In this document: piece after piece, positions 39,431 through 48,769 of the stretch
Layout of the letters: the number at the start of each line of letters is the position of its first letter
Position numbering within the stretch: the stretch's first letter is position 1
Origin: an uncultured delta proteobacterium
Lineage (GTDB): Bacteria; Desulfobacterota; Binatia; UBA9968
Length of the DNA stretch: 64,000 nucleotides
Direction of reading: 5' to 3'
NCBI GenBank assembly: GCA_963771465.1
Contig: CAVYTU010000017.1
Coordinates: forward strand, 544,001-608,000
Program-made: the position numbers and the translations under genes
The notes under the pieces: generated by a model
Database searches by the model: none
Told to the model about the DNA's origin: nothing
The model's input: only the letters and a program-made list of their open reading frames with translations

Positions 39431-39610
39431 TGTGGTGCCCTTCCTTATTTAAACTTCGCGCGAGCGTAGCGCTTCCCTTCTCGCCCTGTCAAACCTATTT
39501 GCCGACGGCCCGCAACGCTTGTCGATTACGGGCCGTTAATGCTAACAACAATTAGGTGGGCCGGCGGCGATTATTCACCGACCCACTGATTCACGAGGAG
39601 GGCAATCGGA

Positions 39611-40645
39611 ATGTCACTTCGTGCACGGTTAGCGCTAATATTGCTCGGGTTGATTGCGTTCATCTTCCCGCCAGTGAATTCTTCCAGCACGGTTTGGGCC
39701 GGCGCGGCGCCGGACGAGACTCAGGCCAAGATCGACGGGGCGAAAAAAGAGGGCAAGGTCATTCTCTATACCAACGCCAGTGGAATCGCCCCTCTGATCA
39801 AGCGTTTCGAGGAGAAATATCCATTTCTGAAAGTCGAGCAGTTGCGCACCGGCGCGCCCAAACTGCTGAGCCGGGTTTTGGCCGAATACAAAGCGGGCGC
39901 GTTGAAGGCGGACTTGATCGAAACCGAGGGGCTGACATCCTATCTGATGATGAAGCGAGGCTTGTACGCCAAATACGTCTCTCCTGAGAGTAAGGCGCTG
40001 CCGGCGGGAGCGAAAGATGTTGACGGACAGTGGACCAATGCGCACTCGAATTACAAAATCGTCGCTTATAACTCGCGTTTCGTCACTCCCGCCGAGCTGC
40101 CCAAATCCTACGAGGATCTCACCCAGCCGAAATGGCATGGAAAGATTCTCATGGGATCGAATAACTATGAGTGGTTCGGTAACATGGTGAAGATCATGGG
40201 CGAGGAGAAGGGCATGAATTTGATGCGCCGGTTGAACGGCCAGAATCTCATGCTACGCGAGGGCAATTCGCTGATCTTGCAATTGCTGCTCGCTGGCGAG
40301 GGTTTCGTTTCCATCGCGGCCAACGTCGATTCTGTTGAAGAGCTTAAAGCCAAGGGCGCACCGATCGACTGGCTGGGATTGGAACCGACGATCTCGCGCT
40401 TGCATCCAATCGCCTTGGCGCGCACGGCACAACATCCCAACGCGGCAAAGCTGTACATCGATTTCATTTTGTCCAAAGAAGCCCAAGAGATCATCACCAA
40501 AGAATTCATCGGCATCTCTGACCGGCCTGACGTTAAACGGGTGTTTACGCGCGAGGGGTTGAAGCTGCATTACGCCGACTTGAGTCTCGCTGAGCGCTAT
40601 GACGAGATCACCAAGAAATTCGACGCAGTTTTCAAAATTCGCTGA
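39611..40645 (+). CDS. ABC solute-binding protein (Fe/thiamine-type)
   Basis: GAGGAGG RBS; signal peptide; AKKEGKVILYT, GAPIDW, HPNAAKLYIDFILSKE. Confidence 0.88.
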   Translation: MSLRARLALILLGLIAFIFPPVNSSSTVWAGAAPDETQAKIDGAKKEGKVILYTNASGIAPLIKRFEEKYPFLKVEQLRTGAPKLLSRVLAEYKAGALKADLIETEGLTSYLMMKRGLYAKYVSPESKALPAGAKDVDGQWTNAHSNYKIVAYNSRFVTPAELPKSYEDLTQPKWHGKILMGSNNYEWFGNMVKIMGEEKGMNLMRRLNGQNLMLREGNSLILQLLLAGEGFVSIAANVDSVEELKAKGAPIDWLGLEPTISRLHPIALARTAQHPNAAKLYIDFILSKEAQEIITKEFIGISDRPDVKRVFTREGLKLHYADLSLAERYDEITKKFDAVFKIR

Positions 40646-40672
40646 GTGCGAATAAAAAATCGGAGGAGCTGC

Positions 40673-41762
40673 ATGACAGACCCGGAAACAAAATCGCGAC
40701 TTGCTGGACGGCGCGCGCAATCTGGTGCGCTACGTCGAAATCAACTCGCGCCAGCAGGTATTGATCCACACCGAGCCGGGTTATGACGACCCGGATGTCG
40801 TTGGCGCGGTGAAGAGTGCGATCGAGGAAACCGGCGCGCAGGTGTCGGTTCTTCACACGCCGCATTGGGATAAGCAGTACGAGCCGCCGCCGCGGCCATT
40901 CGAAGCGGCGATCGAAGGATGCGATGTGCTCATCGGCCAGGGCGAGTATCTGCACACCAAGAATCACTACATCCAAGTCGGCTTGTTCGAACGCGGACTC
41001 ATTTACATCAATAACGAAGCGAAAACGGTGCAAGCGCTCTCTTCATGGTACGGACGCTTTCCCGCCGAGCTGTTGTTCACCATCGGCGTCGTCACGGTCG
41101 AGCGCCTCGGCGCTGGCAAGGACATTCGAGTGACCACGAAGGCTGGCACTGACATTTCAATGACCGTGCAGACCAATACATTGGGCGGCTACTGTTATCC
41201 GTTTCGCTTCGATACGCCGGGTTACAAGAAAGGTTTTCCGGGCGGCGTCGCATGCTTTCACCCGGAAGATCCGGTCAACGGGGTGGTCGCGGTGCAAGCG
41301 ATGACGCGCGGCAATGGCGCGCCCAAGGCGATGCTCGATCGGCCGTTGTTTTTGACCTTCCGCGATCATCGTGTCGTCGAGGCGGAAGGCGAGTGCGCGG
41401 ACTGGTGGCGTGAGTTCACCCGCAAGGGCGATGAGAACAGCAGTTGGCTAGGTGAATGCATGTGGGGCGTCCATCCGAAAGCGAGCGGCGGCGGCGGCCG
41501 TGGCGCAGCCAATCCGCACCTGCTTCATTTCGGCCTGGGTAATTCCATCGCTTACGGTGGTCCGACGTTTTCCAAGACTTGGCAGGTGATGTTCGTCGAG
41601 GATGCGACTTTGACCGTGGATGGTTATGCGATCCTTCAGGACGGCCTGTTGACCGTGCTGGCCGATCCGAAGGTGCGCGCGGTCGCGGCAAAATACGGCG
41701 ACCCGGATGAGCTGCTGTCGCAGCTACCGGCAACGGTTCAGGATCAGTTCGGCGGAAAGTAA
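40673..41762 (+). CDS. Peptidase M29 (AmpS/AmpT)/NicX-fold protein; frameshift near 40700
   Basis: GGAGGAG + ATG 40673 out of frame with ORF 40701; IRVTTKAGTDIS, VNGVV, LGECMWGVHP, LHFGLGNS, TLTVDG..ILQDG. Confidence 0.7.
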
Positions 41763-41893
41763 GATTGTCGGAATTGGAAGCTTAGCCGCAACGAAGGCAA
41801 AGGGCGCAAGAGAAACTAATGGATTCCGAACTTCGCGCTCTTCGTGCCCATCGAGTTGAAACAACTACTCACACCATGGAGTGATGCACCACC

Positions 41894-43213
41894 GTGAGTT
41901 CTTTGATCCCAGTTCGGATTGCTTACGCCGCGCTCGGTAGCGGCAGCGCGCCGGTCTGGTGCGCAAAAGAGGCTGGCATTTTTGCTGACGAAGGACTGGA
42001 TGCTCAAGTGTTGCTCGTTCGTGGCAGCGGCCGGGTTGCCGAAGCGTTGCTCAAAAATGAAATTCAATTCGCCAACATCGCCGCGCCACTGGTGGTCGCG
42101 GCTAACCTCAAGGGCGGCGATTTGGTTTACTTGACCGGCGGCGTCAACTGGCTGATACAATCGATCATCGCCCGGCCGGAAATCCGTACGCCGGCGGAAT
42201 TGCGCGGCCATACTTTCGGCGTGAGCCATGCCGGCGGCGTCGATAATTTTCTCGTTGATTATTTGCTCAAGCCGCATGGCGTGATCAGTGCTGACTTGAA
42301 GCACCTATCGATCGATAACCAGCCCGATGCGATCGCCAAGATGGATCGCGGTGAAATCGACGCAGCGCTGTTCAGTCCGCCCTATTCATTCGAAGCGGCA
42401 AAACATGGGCACCGAGTTTTGATCGACTCAGGCGATTATTGGATCGACTATCAGCTCGGCGGGATCGTCGCCCGGCGGTCGTATGTCGAGCAGCATCAGC
42501 ATGTGGCCCGCAAGGTGGTGCGCGCCTATGTGCGCGGGATTAATCGCTACAAGACGGATATCCAACTGGCGCTCGGTGTGTTTAAAAAATATAGCTTGAT
42601 TGAAGATGACAGCGTGGCGCGCCAGTGTTACCACGCCGCGAAGCGCTATTTTCAACAAAAGCCTTATCCGAGTGTGCCGGGGTTGCATCGAGTATTGGCC
42701 GAAGCGGACAAAGTCGACCCCACCGCCGGGCGCTTGCGTGTCGAAGATATGATGGACTGCCGTTGGCTCGCCGAACTGGATAATAGTGGTTTTATCGCTG
42801 AGGTCTATTCGTCCCCAGCCACGGGATTGGGAGGAAACGTGTTGGACATATTACGGGGAGCGCTCGAATCAGCGGGTCAGACTAAACGGGGGCAGTTGGC
42901 TCTCAATGGGCATGACGAGGATTTCCAGGTTGAGATCGACGGTCAGGCGCCGATTCACGTGGAGATTCGCGGCGGCAAACTGGCGGTGCGCGCCGGGCCG
43001 TCGCCGCGCCAAGAGCCGCTGCGCTTCACACGGGTCCAGCTCGATGGGGCAACTCTGCAAGCGATCGTCGGTGGCCAATTGAGTCCGGTGGCGGCGATGG
43101 AGCAGGGAAAGTTATATCTGCGGACGCGCCTGTACGGCGGTGCGCTGATTACCATTCTGTTACGCGCGGCATACGATCTCGCTCGGGATCGGCGTCTGGG
43201 CGCGGAGGAGTAG
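41894..43213 (+). CDS. SsuA/NMT1-like solute-binding domain (no signal peptide) fused to an SCP2 lipid-binding domain
   Basis: WCAKEAGIFADEGL...ELDNSGFIAEVY, then HVEIRGGKLAV...ATLQAIVGGQLSPVAAMEQGKL; internal GGAGGA + in-frame GTG at 42839. Confidence 0.78.
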   Translation: MSSLIPVRIAYAALGSGSAPVWCAKEAGIFADEGLDAQVLLVRGSGRVAEALLKNEIQFANIAAPLVVAANLKGGDLVYLTGGVNWLIQSIIARPEIRTPAELRGHTFGVSHAGGVDNFLVDYLLKPHGVISADLKHLSIDNQPDAIAKMDRGEIDAALFSPPYSFEAAKHGHRVLIDSGDYWIDYQLGGIVARRSYVEQHQHVARKVVRAYVRGINRYKTDIQLALGVFKKYSLIEDDSVARQCYHAAKRYFQQKPYPSVPGLHRVLAEADKVDPTAGRLRVEDMMDCRWLAELDNSGFIAEVYSSPATGLGGNVLDILRGALESAGQTKRGQLALNGHDEDFQVEIDGQAPIHVEIRGGKLAVRAGPSPRQEPLRFTRVQLDGATLQAIVGGQLSPVAAMEQGKLYLRTRLYGGALITILLRAAYDLARDRRLGAEE

Positions 43214-43216
43214 GTC

Positions 43217-44410
43217 ATGATCGATTTCAAATTGATCTCTGTCGACGATCACGTCAACGAGCACCCGGCGGCTTGGGAAAGAGCGCAGCGGGAATTTGGC
43301 GAGCGCGCGCCGCATGTTATTGAAAACCCGCCGGAGCTCGGCAAAGGACTTTGGATTATTGCCGAAGGGCTGCCACCCGTGCGCTCAGCTTACTTCGCCC
43401 TCGGCCACGTGGTGAAAAAACCTGAAGGTATTTCTCAAATGACCGTGATGGAAGACCATGAAAAGTTTCGCAAACAGATCGTCGACTTCAACGAAAACTT
43501 TCGCTATCAGGACTGGCCGGCTGGATGGGAGCCCTCGGCCCGCTTGAAAGACATGGACCGCGACGGCGTGGAAGCTGCCGTGTTTTTCTCGAGCCCAACG
43601 CGTTTCAATTACAGTAATAACGACGCGAAGTTTCAGCGTGCCATCTTTCGTTCTTACAATGCTTGGCTTTTGGACTTCTGCAATTACAACCGCAAGCGCT
43701 TGATTCCGATGCCGCTGATTTCAATTCTGGATGTCGACCTCGCTGTGGCTGACATGAAAGAGTACGCCAAGGCCGGCTGCCATGCCGTGCAATTGCCGTC
43801 GACGATCGCCGGCAGCGGCTATTACGAGACGTGCTATGAGCCGCTCTGGCAAACCGCGCGGGAGCTCGGTCTCTTACTGGCGATCCATTCGGGCACCGGC
43901 CAAGGCCAAACGCGCAAGAAAGTCGGCGAGGCGAGAGCAGGCGATATCCGCGCACGAGTGATCGACATGAATCGGCCGCTGCCGGCGGTATCGTTCATCA
44001 GCAATTTGATTTTCTCCGGCGTGTTCGACCGTTATCCTGCTCTCAAAGTGATGTGCACGGAGTTCGACGCCTGCTGGGTTGCCGGCATGATCCAGCGGCT
44101 CGACTACCAGTTTGGCCGCGAGAGCACCTACGACGCCGAGTTGAACGTGAACAAGCTCAACCCGAGCGAATATGTCCGGCGCAATGTTTTTTTCAGCATC
44201 GGCGACGACCGCGCCGCGGTGCTCGGCACACCGCTATTCGGCGCGGATAATTTCATCTGGGGCGGCGACTATCCGCATCACGTCACCAGCTGGCCGTATT
44301 CGCGCGAGAATTTGGCGGCCAACTGTGAGGGATTCTCCGACTCACTGGCGCGCAAGCTGGGGCGCGAGAATGCGATTCGGATCTACAACTTGGATTTATC
44401 AATGGAGTGA
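43217..44410 (+). CDS. Amidohydrolase_2 family protein
   Basis: ISVDDH, DMDRDGVEA, AIHSG, FSGVFDRYP, WGGDYPH; paralog of 28439-29627. Confidence 0.88.
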   Translation: MIDFKLISVDDHVNEHPAAWERAQREFGERAPHVIENPPELGKGLWIIAEGLPPVRSAYFALGHVVKKPEGISQMTVMEDHEKFRKQIVDFNENFRYQDWPAGWEPSARLKDMDRDGVEAAVFFSSPTRFNYSNNDAKFQRAIFRSYNAWLLDFCNYNRKRLIPMPLISILDVDLAVADMKEYAKAGCHAVQLPSTIAGSGYYETCYEPLWQTARELGLLLAIHSGTGQGQTRKKVGEARAGDIRARVIDMNRPLPAVSFISNLIFSGVFDRYPALKVMCTEFDACWVAGMIQRLDYQFGRESTYDAELNVNKLNPSEYVRRNVFFSIGDDRAAVLGTPLFGADNFIWGGDYPHHVTSWPYSRENLAANCEGFSDSLARKLGRENAIRIYNLDLSME

Positions 44411-45348
44411 GCGGCTTGAGTAACAGCGAATCTAGCAAAGTCTGCTTTTACACCACGCCTTCGCCTGACTACGCGGAGGAAATCGTTGCCGCGTTTGAAT
44501 CCAAGTATCCAGGGAACAAAGTCCGCTTCGATCACGATCATGCGGCGCGTTTTTTCACCCGCGTGCTGACGGAATTAAGTGAAGGGCGCTGTCCCGCCGA
44601 CGTCATGCTTCTCAATCGTCAGCAGGCCGAGGCTTTGAAACAGCGTGGCTTTCTCCAGCCCTATCGCTCGGCCGAAGCGCAATCTTTTCCCGAGCGCGCC
44701 CAGGACGCCGACGGTTTTGCCACGCAGGTTTTTATGGTGCCGTTTAGTTTGGCTTATCACAGCGAAAAGCTCGCGCGCGCTGAGGTGCCGACGACTTATG
44801 AAGCATTGCTCCATTCGCGCTGGAAAGATCAACTGCTTTTTCCCGATCCACGCTTGAGCGGTAGCGGCTCGGGCTGGTACGCGATTATGAAAGACGAGAT
44901 GGGCGAGGACTATTTGCGCCAACTGGCGGCGCAGAATCTGCTCTGCCGGCAGCACGCCGAAGATCGTCTCGCAGCGGGTGAGGGCACGATTCTAATTGCC
45001 GCGATGATCGACCGCATCGAAAAACTAAAACTCCAAGGCGCACCGGTGGATTGGCTTACCATGCCGGTCATGATGGTCGCCGGACCTCATGCGGTCTTGT
45101 TCCGCGCTGCGCCGCAGCCCGAAGCGGGGAAGCGGCTGATCGATTTCTTTCTGTCCGAGACCGGCCAGACGATCCTGAGCCGCTATCATATTCCCAACCG
45201 GCCGGGGATAAATATGCGCGATCCGATGTTTGCCGGGGAACTCGCGCGCCTTGACGGCTGCCGCTTGCTGACGTTTACGGCGGAGCATGGTCGAGATTAT
45301 GATATGAACCAGCGCCGCTGTGTCGAGCTATTTTGTCGGGACGGTTGA
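44407..45348 (+). CDS. Fe/thiamine-type solute-binding protein lacking a signal peptide
   Basis: GTGA overlap with upstream stop; starts at VCFYTT; VPTTYEALL, GAPVDW, APQPEAGKRLIDFFLSETGQ. Confidence 0.8.
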   Translation: MSGLSNSESSKVCFYTTPSPDYAEEIVAAFESKYPGNKVRFDHDHAARFFTRVLTELSEGRCPADVMLLNRQQAEALKQRGFLQPYRSAEAQSFPERAQDADGFATQVFMVPFSLAYHSEKLARAEVPTTYEALLHSRWKDQLLFPDPRLSGSGSGWYAIMKDEMGEDYLRQLAAQNLLCRQHAEDRLAAGEGTILIAAMIDRIEKLKLQGAPVDWLTMPVMMVAGPHAVLFRAAPQPEAGKRLIDFFLSETGQTILSRYHIPNRPGINMRDPMFAGELARLDGCRLLTFTAEHGRDYDMNQRRCVELFCRDG

Positions 45349-45359
45349 GGATAAAAATT

Positions 45360-46409
45360 ATGGACGGAAAGTACGGCGCGATTGCCATCCAGACTCGCGT
45401 GAAGGAATGCTTCAATCGCCAGGACGTGATCGAGAATCTGGCACGGGCCTGTAAAGTGACCCATACTTCCGTGCGCCATCCTTACTTCGGCCATCATATT
45501 GAGAACCAACTCGTCGCTTTCGATACCCACGCGCATAACCACGGCTACACGGTCAAGGAGATGATTGACAAGATCGCGATCAGCATCCCCGGCGAGGAAA
45601 CTCGCCTGGTGAGCGATGCGGCCAAGCGAGACGGCGTCTACATCGTCACTTCGGCCTTGGAATACGACGACAATTTTGACGATGCTTTCTTTACCTGTTT
45701 TTTTATCGTCGATCCCAAGGGCGACGTCATCTACAAGTACCGTAAGATTCACACCCACCTGGGCACGGAAAAGACCCTGAGCCCGTACGATGCGATGGAC
45801 AAGTATTTTTCAATTTACGGCCAGGGCAAAACGCCGCTCCAAACGTTCTTTCCGGTCGCTGAAACTCCCATCGGTAACATTGGCACGCTGATCGCTCACG
45901 ATCGAATTTATCCCGAGGCTGCGCGCGCCATGGCGCTCAACGGTGCGGAGATTCTCATCCTTGGCCCGCAGCCTGAGCCGACCGTCGCCAATGGCCGTTG
46001 GGAGACCATGAATCGGGCGCGCTCGTTTGAAAATATGCTCTACGTGATGGCGGCCAACTACGGCGAATTCATTTCCGACGATCGCGTCGCCCAACGTTGG
46101 GCCGGCCACTCGATGATTGTCGATTTCAACGGGCAAATCATCGGCTCGTCGCCGTTTCCCGGCGAGGCGGTGTGCGCGGCATTGATCGACATCGAAGCGC
46201 TGCGCCAGCGCCGCGCCGACGCGCATGATTCGCCGCTCGCCGAGTTGCGCACGGACATTTATCGTGAGATCTACGCCGAGACCATTTACGGCAAGAACCG
46301 CTACGCGAGCTCAGTGCCGGGCGAGACGCGCGATGAGCGGCTCAGTTACTTTCCGGAAGTCTATGAAAAACTGGTGGCGCGCGGGGCTTATGTTAAGCCG
46401 AAGATTTAA
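45360..46409 (+). CDS. Carbon-nitrogen hydrolase (nitrilase superfamily) with degenerate catalytic triad
   Basis: YKYRKIH, PVAETPIGNIGTLIAHDRIYPEAARAMALNGAEI, RARSFEN, GHSMIVDF. Confidence 0.85.
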   Translation: MDGKYGAIAIQTRVKECFNRQDVIENLARACKVTHTSVRHPYFGHHIENQLVAFDTHAHNHGYTVKEMIDKIAISIPGEETRLVSDAAKRDGVYIVTSALEYDDNFDDAFFTCFFIVDPKGDVIYKYRKIHTHLGTEKTLSPYDAMDKYFSIYGQGKTPLQTFFPVAETPIGNIGTLIAHDRIYPEAARAMALNGAEILILGPQPEPTVANGRWETMNRARSFENMLYVMAANYGEFISDDRVAQRWAGHSMIVDFNGQIIGSSPFPGEAVCAALIDIEALRQRRADAHDSPLAELRTDIYREIYAETIYGKNRYASSVPGETRDERLSYFPEVYEKLVARGAYVKPKI

Positions 46410-46424
46410 TTGACGAGGCGCAGG

Positions 46425-47552
46425 ATGAAAGTTATCCATTGGCACAAAGTTTTTTTATTATTCGCGTTATTCTCGTGCGCGGTCGATAACGCCTTTGGCG
46501 CAATGCCGTTGCCTAGCATCGATAAGGCTAAACAAGAGGCCGAGGCGCGCGGTTATGTATTTCTCGATAGCCACGAGAAGATCGTCGCCGCGGCGAAAAA
46601 AGAAGCCAAGATGCGCGCGCTCAGCGGTCTCGACGCAGATACGATCAAGGCGATGGTCGGCGCGTTCAGAAAAAAGTATCCCTTTCTCGACGTGCGGGTG
46701 GAAGAAATCGAAGGCACCGATGCCTATCAGCGCTTTATCTTGCAGATGCAAGCGGGTTCGGTCCGGGACTGGGACGCGACTTTCATCCCGATCGATTTCT
46801 ATAAGGACTATCAGCCGTTCCAGAAAAAAATTGATCTTCTCGGCATGGTTCGAAGCGGCATATTGAAAATCCATCCCGAAATGATTCATCCCGTCGACCG
46901 CAACGTGATCGGTAGTTCGAGCATCTTGCAGGTGGTGGCGTACAATCGAAAGCTGCTCGGCGATGCCAAGACGCCGGACAGCTGGGAAGATTTTCTCAAG
47001 CCGGAGTTTAAAGGAAAGAAATTTCTCGCCGACATTCGACCTTTCCCGTTGTTTTGTCTGGTGCCGCTTTGGGGATTGGAAAGGACACTGGAGTTCTCCA
47101 AGAAACTGGCGGCGCAGGAGCCGATTTGGGTGCGAGGCGCGACGCGTTTACTGACTTCCATTGTCGCCGGCGAGTATTCACTCTTCATGGGACCGAATTA
47201 CAATTCAGTCAGGCGCGCCGAGACCAGGGACAAGACCGCTACGTTGGGTTTGAAAGTCGTTGAGCCGGTGCCGACGCGGATCGCGCGCGCCGACGGTATT
47301 CTTAGCAACGCGGACAATCCGCACGCGGCGCTCTTGTGGTTGGAGTTCCACGCCTCCGCCGAAGCGCAGGAAATCATGGACAAAGTGTCGCCATATCAAG
47401 CATCGATCTTTCACCCCGGCTCGGCGACCGCGCGCGCCACGCAAGGAAAGAAACTGTCCGTCGTGGACTGGAGCCACTTTCAAAGAATTCGCGAGTACGA
47501 AGAAAAAATTATCGACGCCCTTGGTTTTCCGCGGGCGCAGTTCAAGGGCTGA
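46425..47552 (+). CDS. ABC solute-binding protein (Fe/thiamine-type) with N-terminal extension
   Basis: Signal peptide; AKQEAEARGYVF extension; WEDFLKPEFKG, NPHAALLWLEF; paralog of 27278-28396. Confidence 0.86.
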   Translation: MKVIHWHKVFLLFALFSCAVDNAFGAMPLPSIDKAKQEAEARGYVFLDSHEKIVAAAKKEAKMRALSGLDADTIKAMVGAFRKKYPFLDVRVEEIEGTDAYQRFILQMQAGSVRDWDATFIPIDFYKDYQPFQKKIDLLGMVRSGILKIHPEMIHPVDRNVIGSSSILQVVAYNRKLLGDAKTPDSWEDFLKPEFKGKKFLADIRPFPLFCLVPLWGLERTLEFSKKLAAQEPIWVRGATRLLTSIVAGEYSLFMGPNYNSVRRAETRDKTATLGLKVVEPVPTRIARADGILSNADNPHAALLWLEFHASAEAQEIMDKVSPYQASIFHPGSATARATQGKKLSVVDWSHFQRIREYEEKIIDALGFPRAQFKG

Positions 47553-47633
47553 GCCGATTTGCTCGCGCAATGGCCTAGAGCAAAGAGGATAGCATTGTGG
47601 TTGTCCTTCCGAGATGGCGGTGAGGACTGTAGC

Positions 47634-48656
47634 ATGTTGAATACCACGCGGTGGCTCAGTGTGATTGTGTGCACTGGGCGCGCTTCTGATTGGCGCATCG
47701 CGCTTGGGCACAGCCTGTTCCGACCCGAAAATTATCGAAGCCGCGAAAAAGGAACGCGAGGTGCTCTGGTATACCACGACGAACCTGGAAACCAGCAAGG
47801 TTGTCGTCAGATCAGTTTCAGAGGAAATATCCGTTTATCAATTTGAGTCTCTATCGAACTACCGTCGGGCCGCTGATCAATCGGGTTTTGATCGAAGCGC
47901 GGGCGGGAAAGTTCGATTGGGATGTCGTGTCCGGCGGCGGCGAGATGTTCACGCCTTTGATGGATCGAGGTTTGATTGCGCCTTATCGCTCGCCGGAGTC
48001 GAAAATGATCGATGACGATCTGATGGACAAGCAAAACTACTGGACCGCGTATACCGTGGGGAGCTTTTGTGTTGGCCTACAACAAACGCTTGGTTCGGCC
48101 TCAAGATGTGCCGAAGACTTATGACGCGCTGCTCGATGCCAAGTGGAAAGGGCAAAAGATCGGCATGGAAACTTCTTCTGGGGTGATGCACGCGTTGATG
48201 CCGCTGTGGGGTAAAGAAAAGACCCTCGCCTATTTCCGCCAGTTGGCGGCGCAAAATCCGGTGACCAAAGATAGTAGTTCGATCATCGTGCAACTGCTCG
48301 TCGCCGGCGAGATGCCGCTCGGCATCGGCCTGGCGCACCTCTTCGAGCTGTTTAGCCGCAAAGGCGCGCCCATCGAGTGGCTGCCGCTCGAACCCGCGGT
48401 GGTGCGCGTGATACCGATGATGCTCGCGTCAAAAGCGCGTCATCCCAATGCGGCCAAGCTGCTCTACGATTTTCTCCTTGGTATCGAAGGGCAGCAGATT
48501 ATCAAATCGTTCAATCGTCCGACCGTGCGCCGAGACGTGCTGCCCGACCCGCCGCGGCTGATCCAGGGCTACAAGCGCGTGACCATGTATCCCGAGCTTT
48601 ATCGAAATCTTGACGAGACGCAGAAAGTGTTCAATGAAATGTTTGGGGTGCGGTGA
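47634..48656 (+). CDS. ABC solute-binding protein with several frameshifts (assembly error or pseudogene)
   Basis: Pieces in different frames join: MLNTTRWL / AAKKEREVLWYTT / FQRKYPFI...YWTAY / LAYNKRLV...HPNAAKLLYDFLL. Confidence 0.75.
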
Positions 48657-48769
48657 TCCGGTTTCGTGCTGAATATTTTCTTACAAAATACTTTGAGCGG
48701 CGGTAAACGCTGACGCGCGCCCGCTTTGATTATTTAACTTGACGACACGGAAGCATCGCTGGAGAACCT

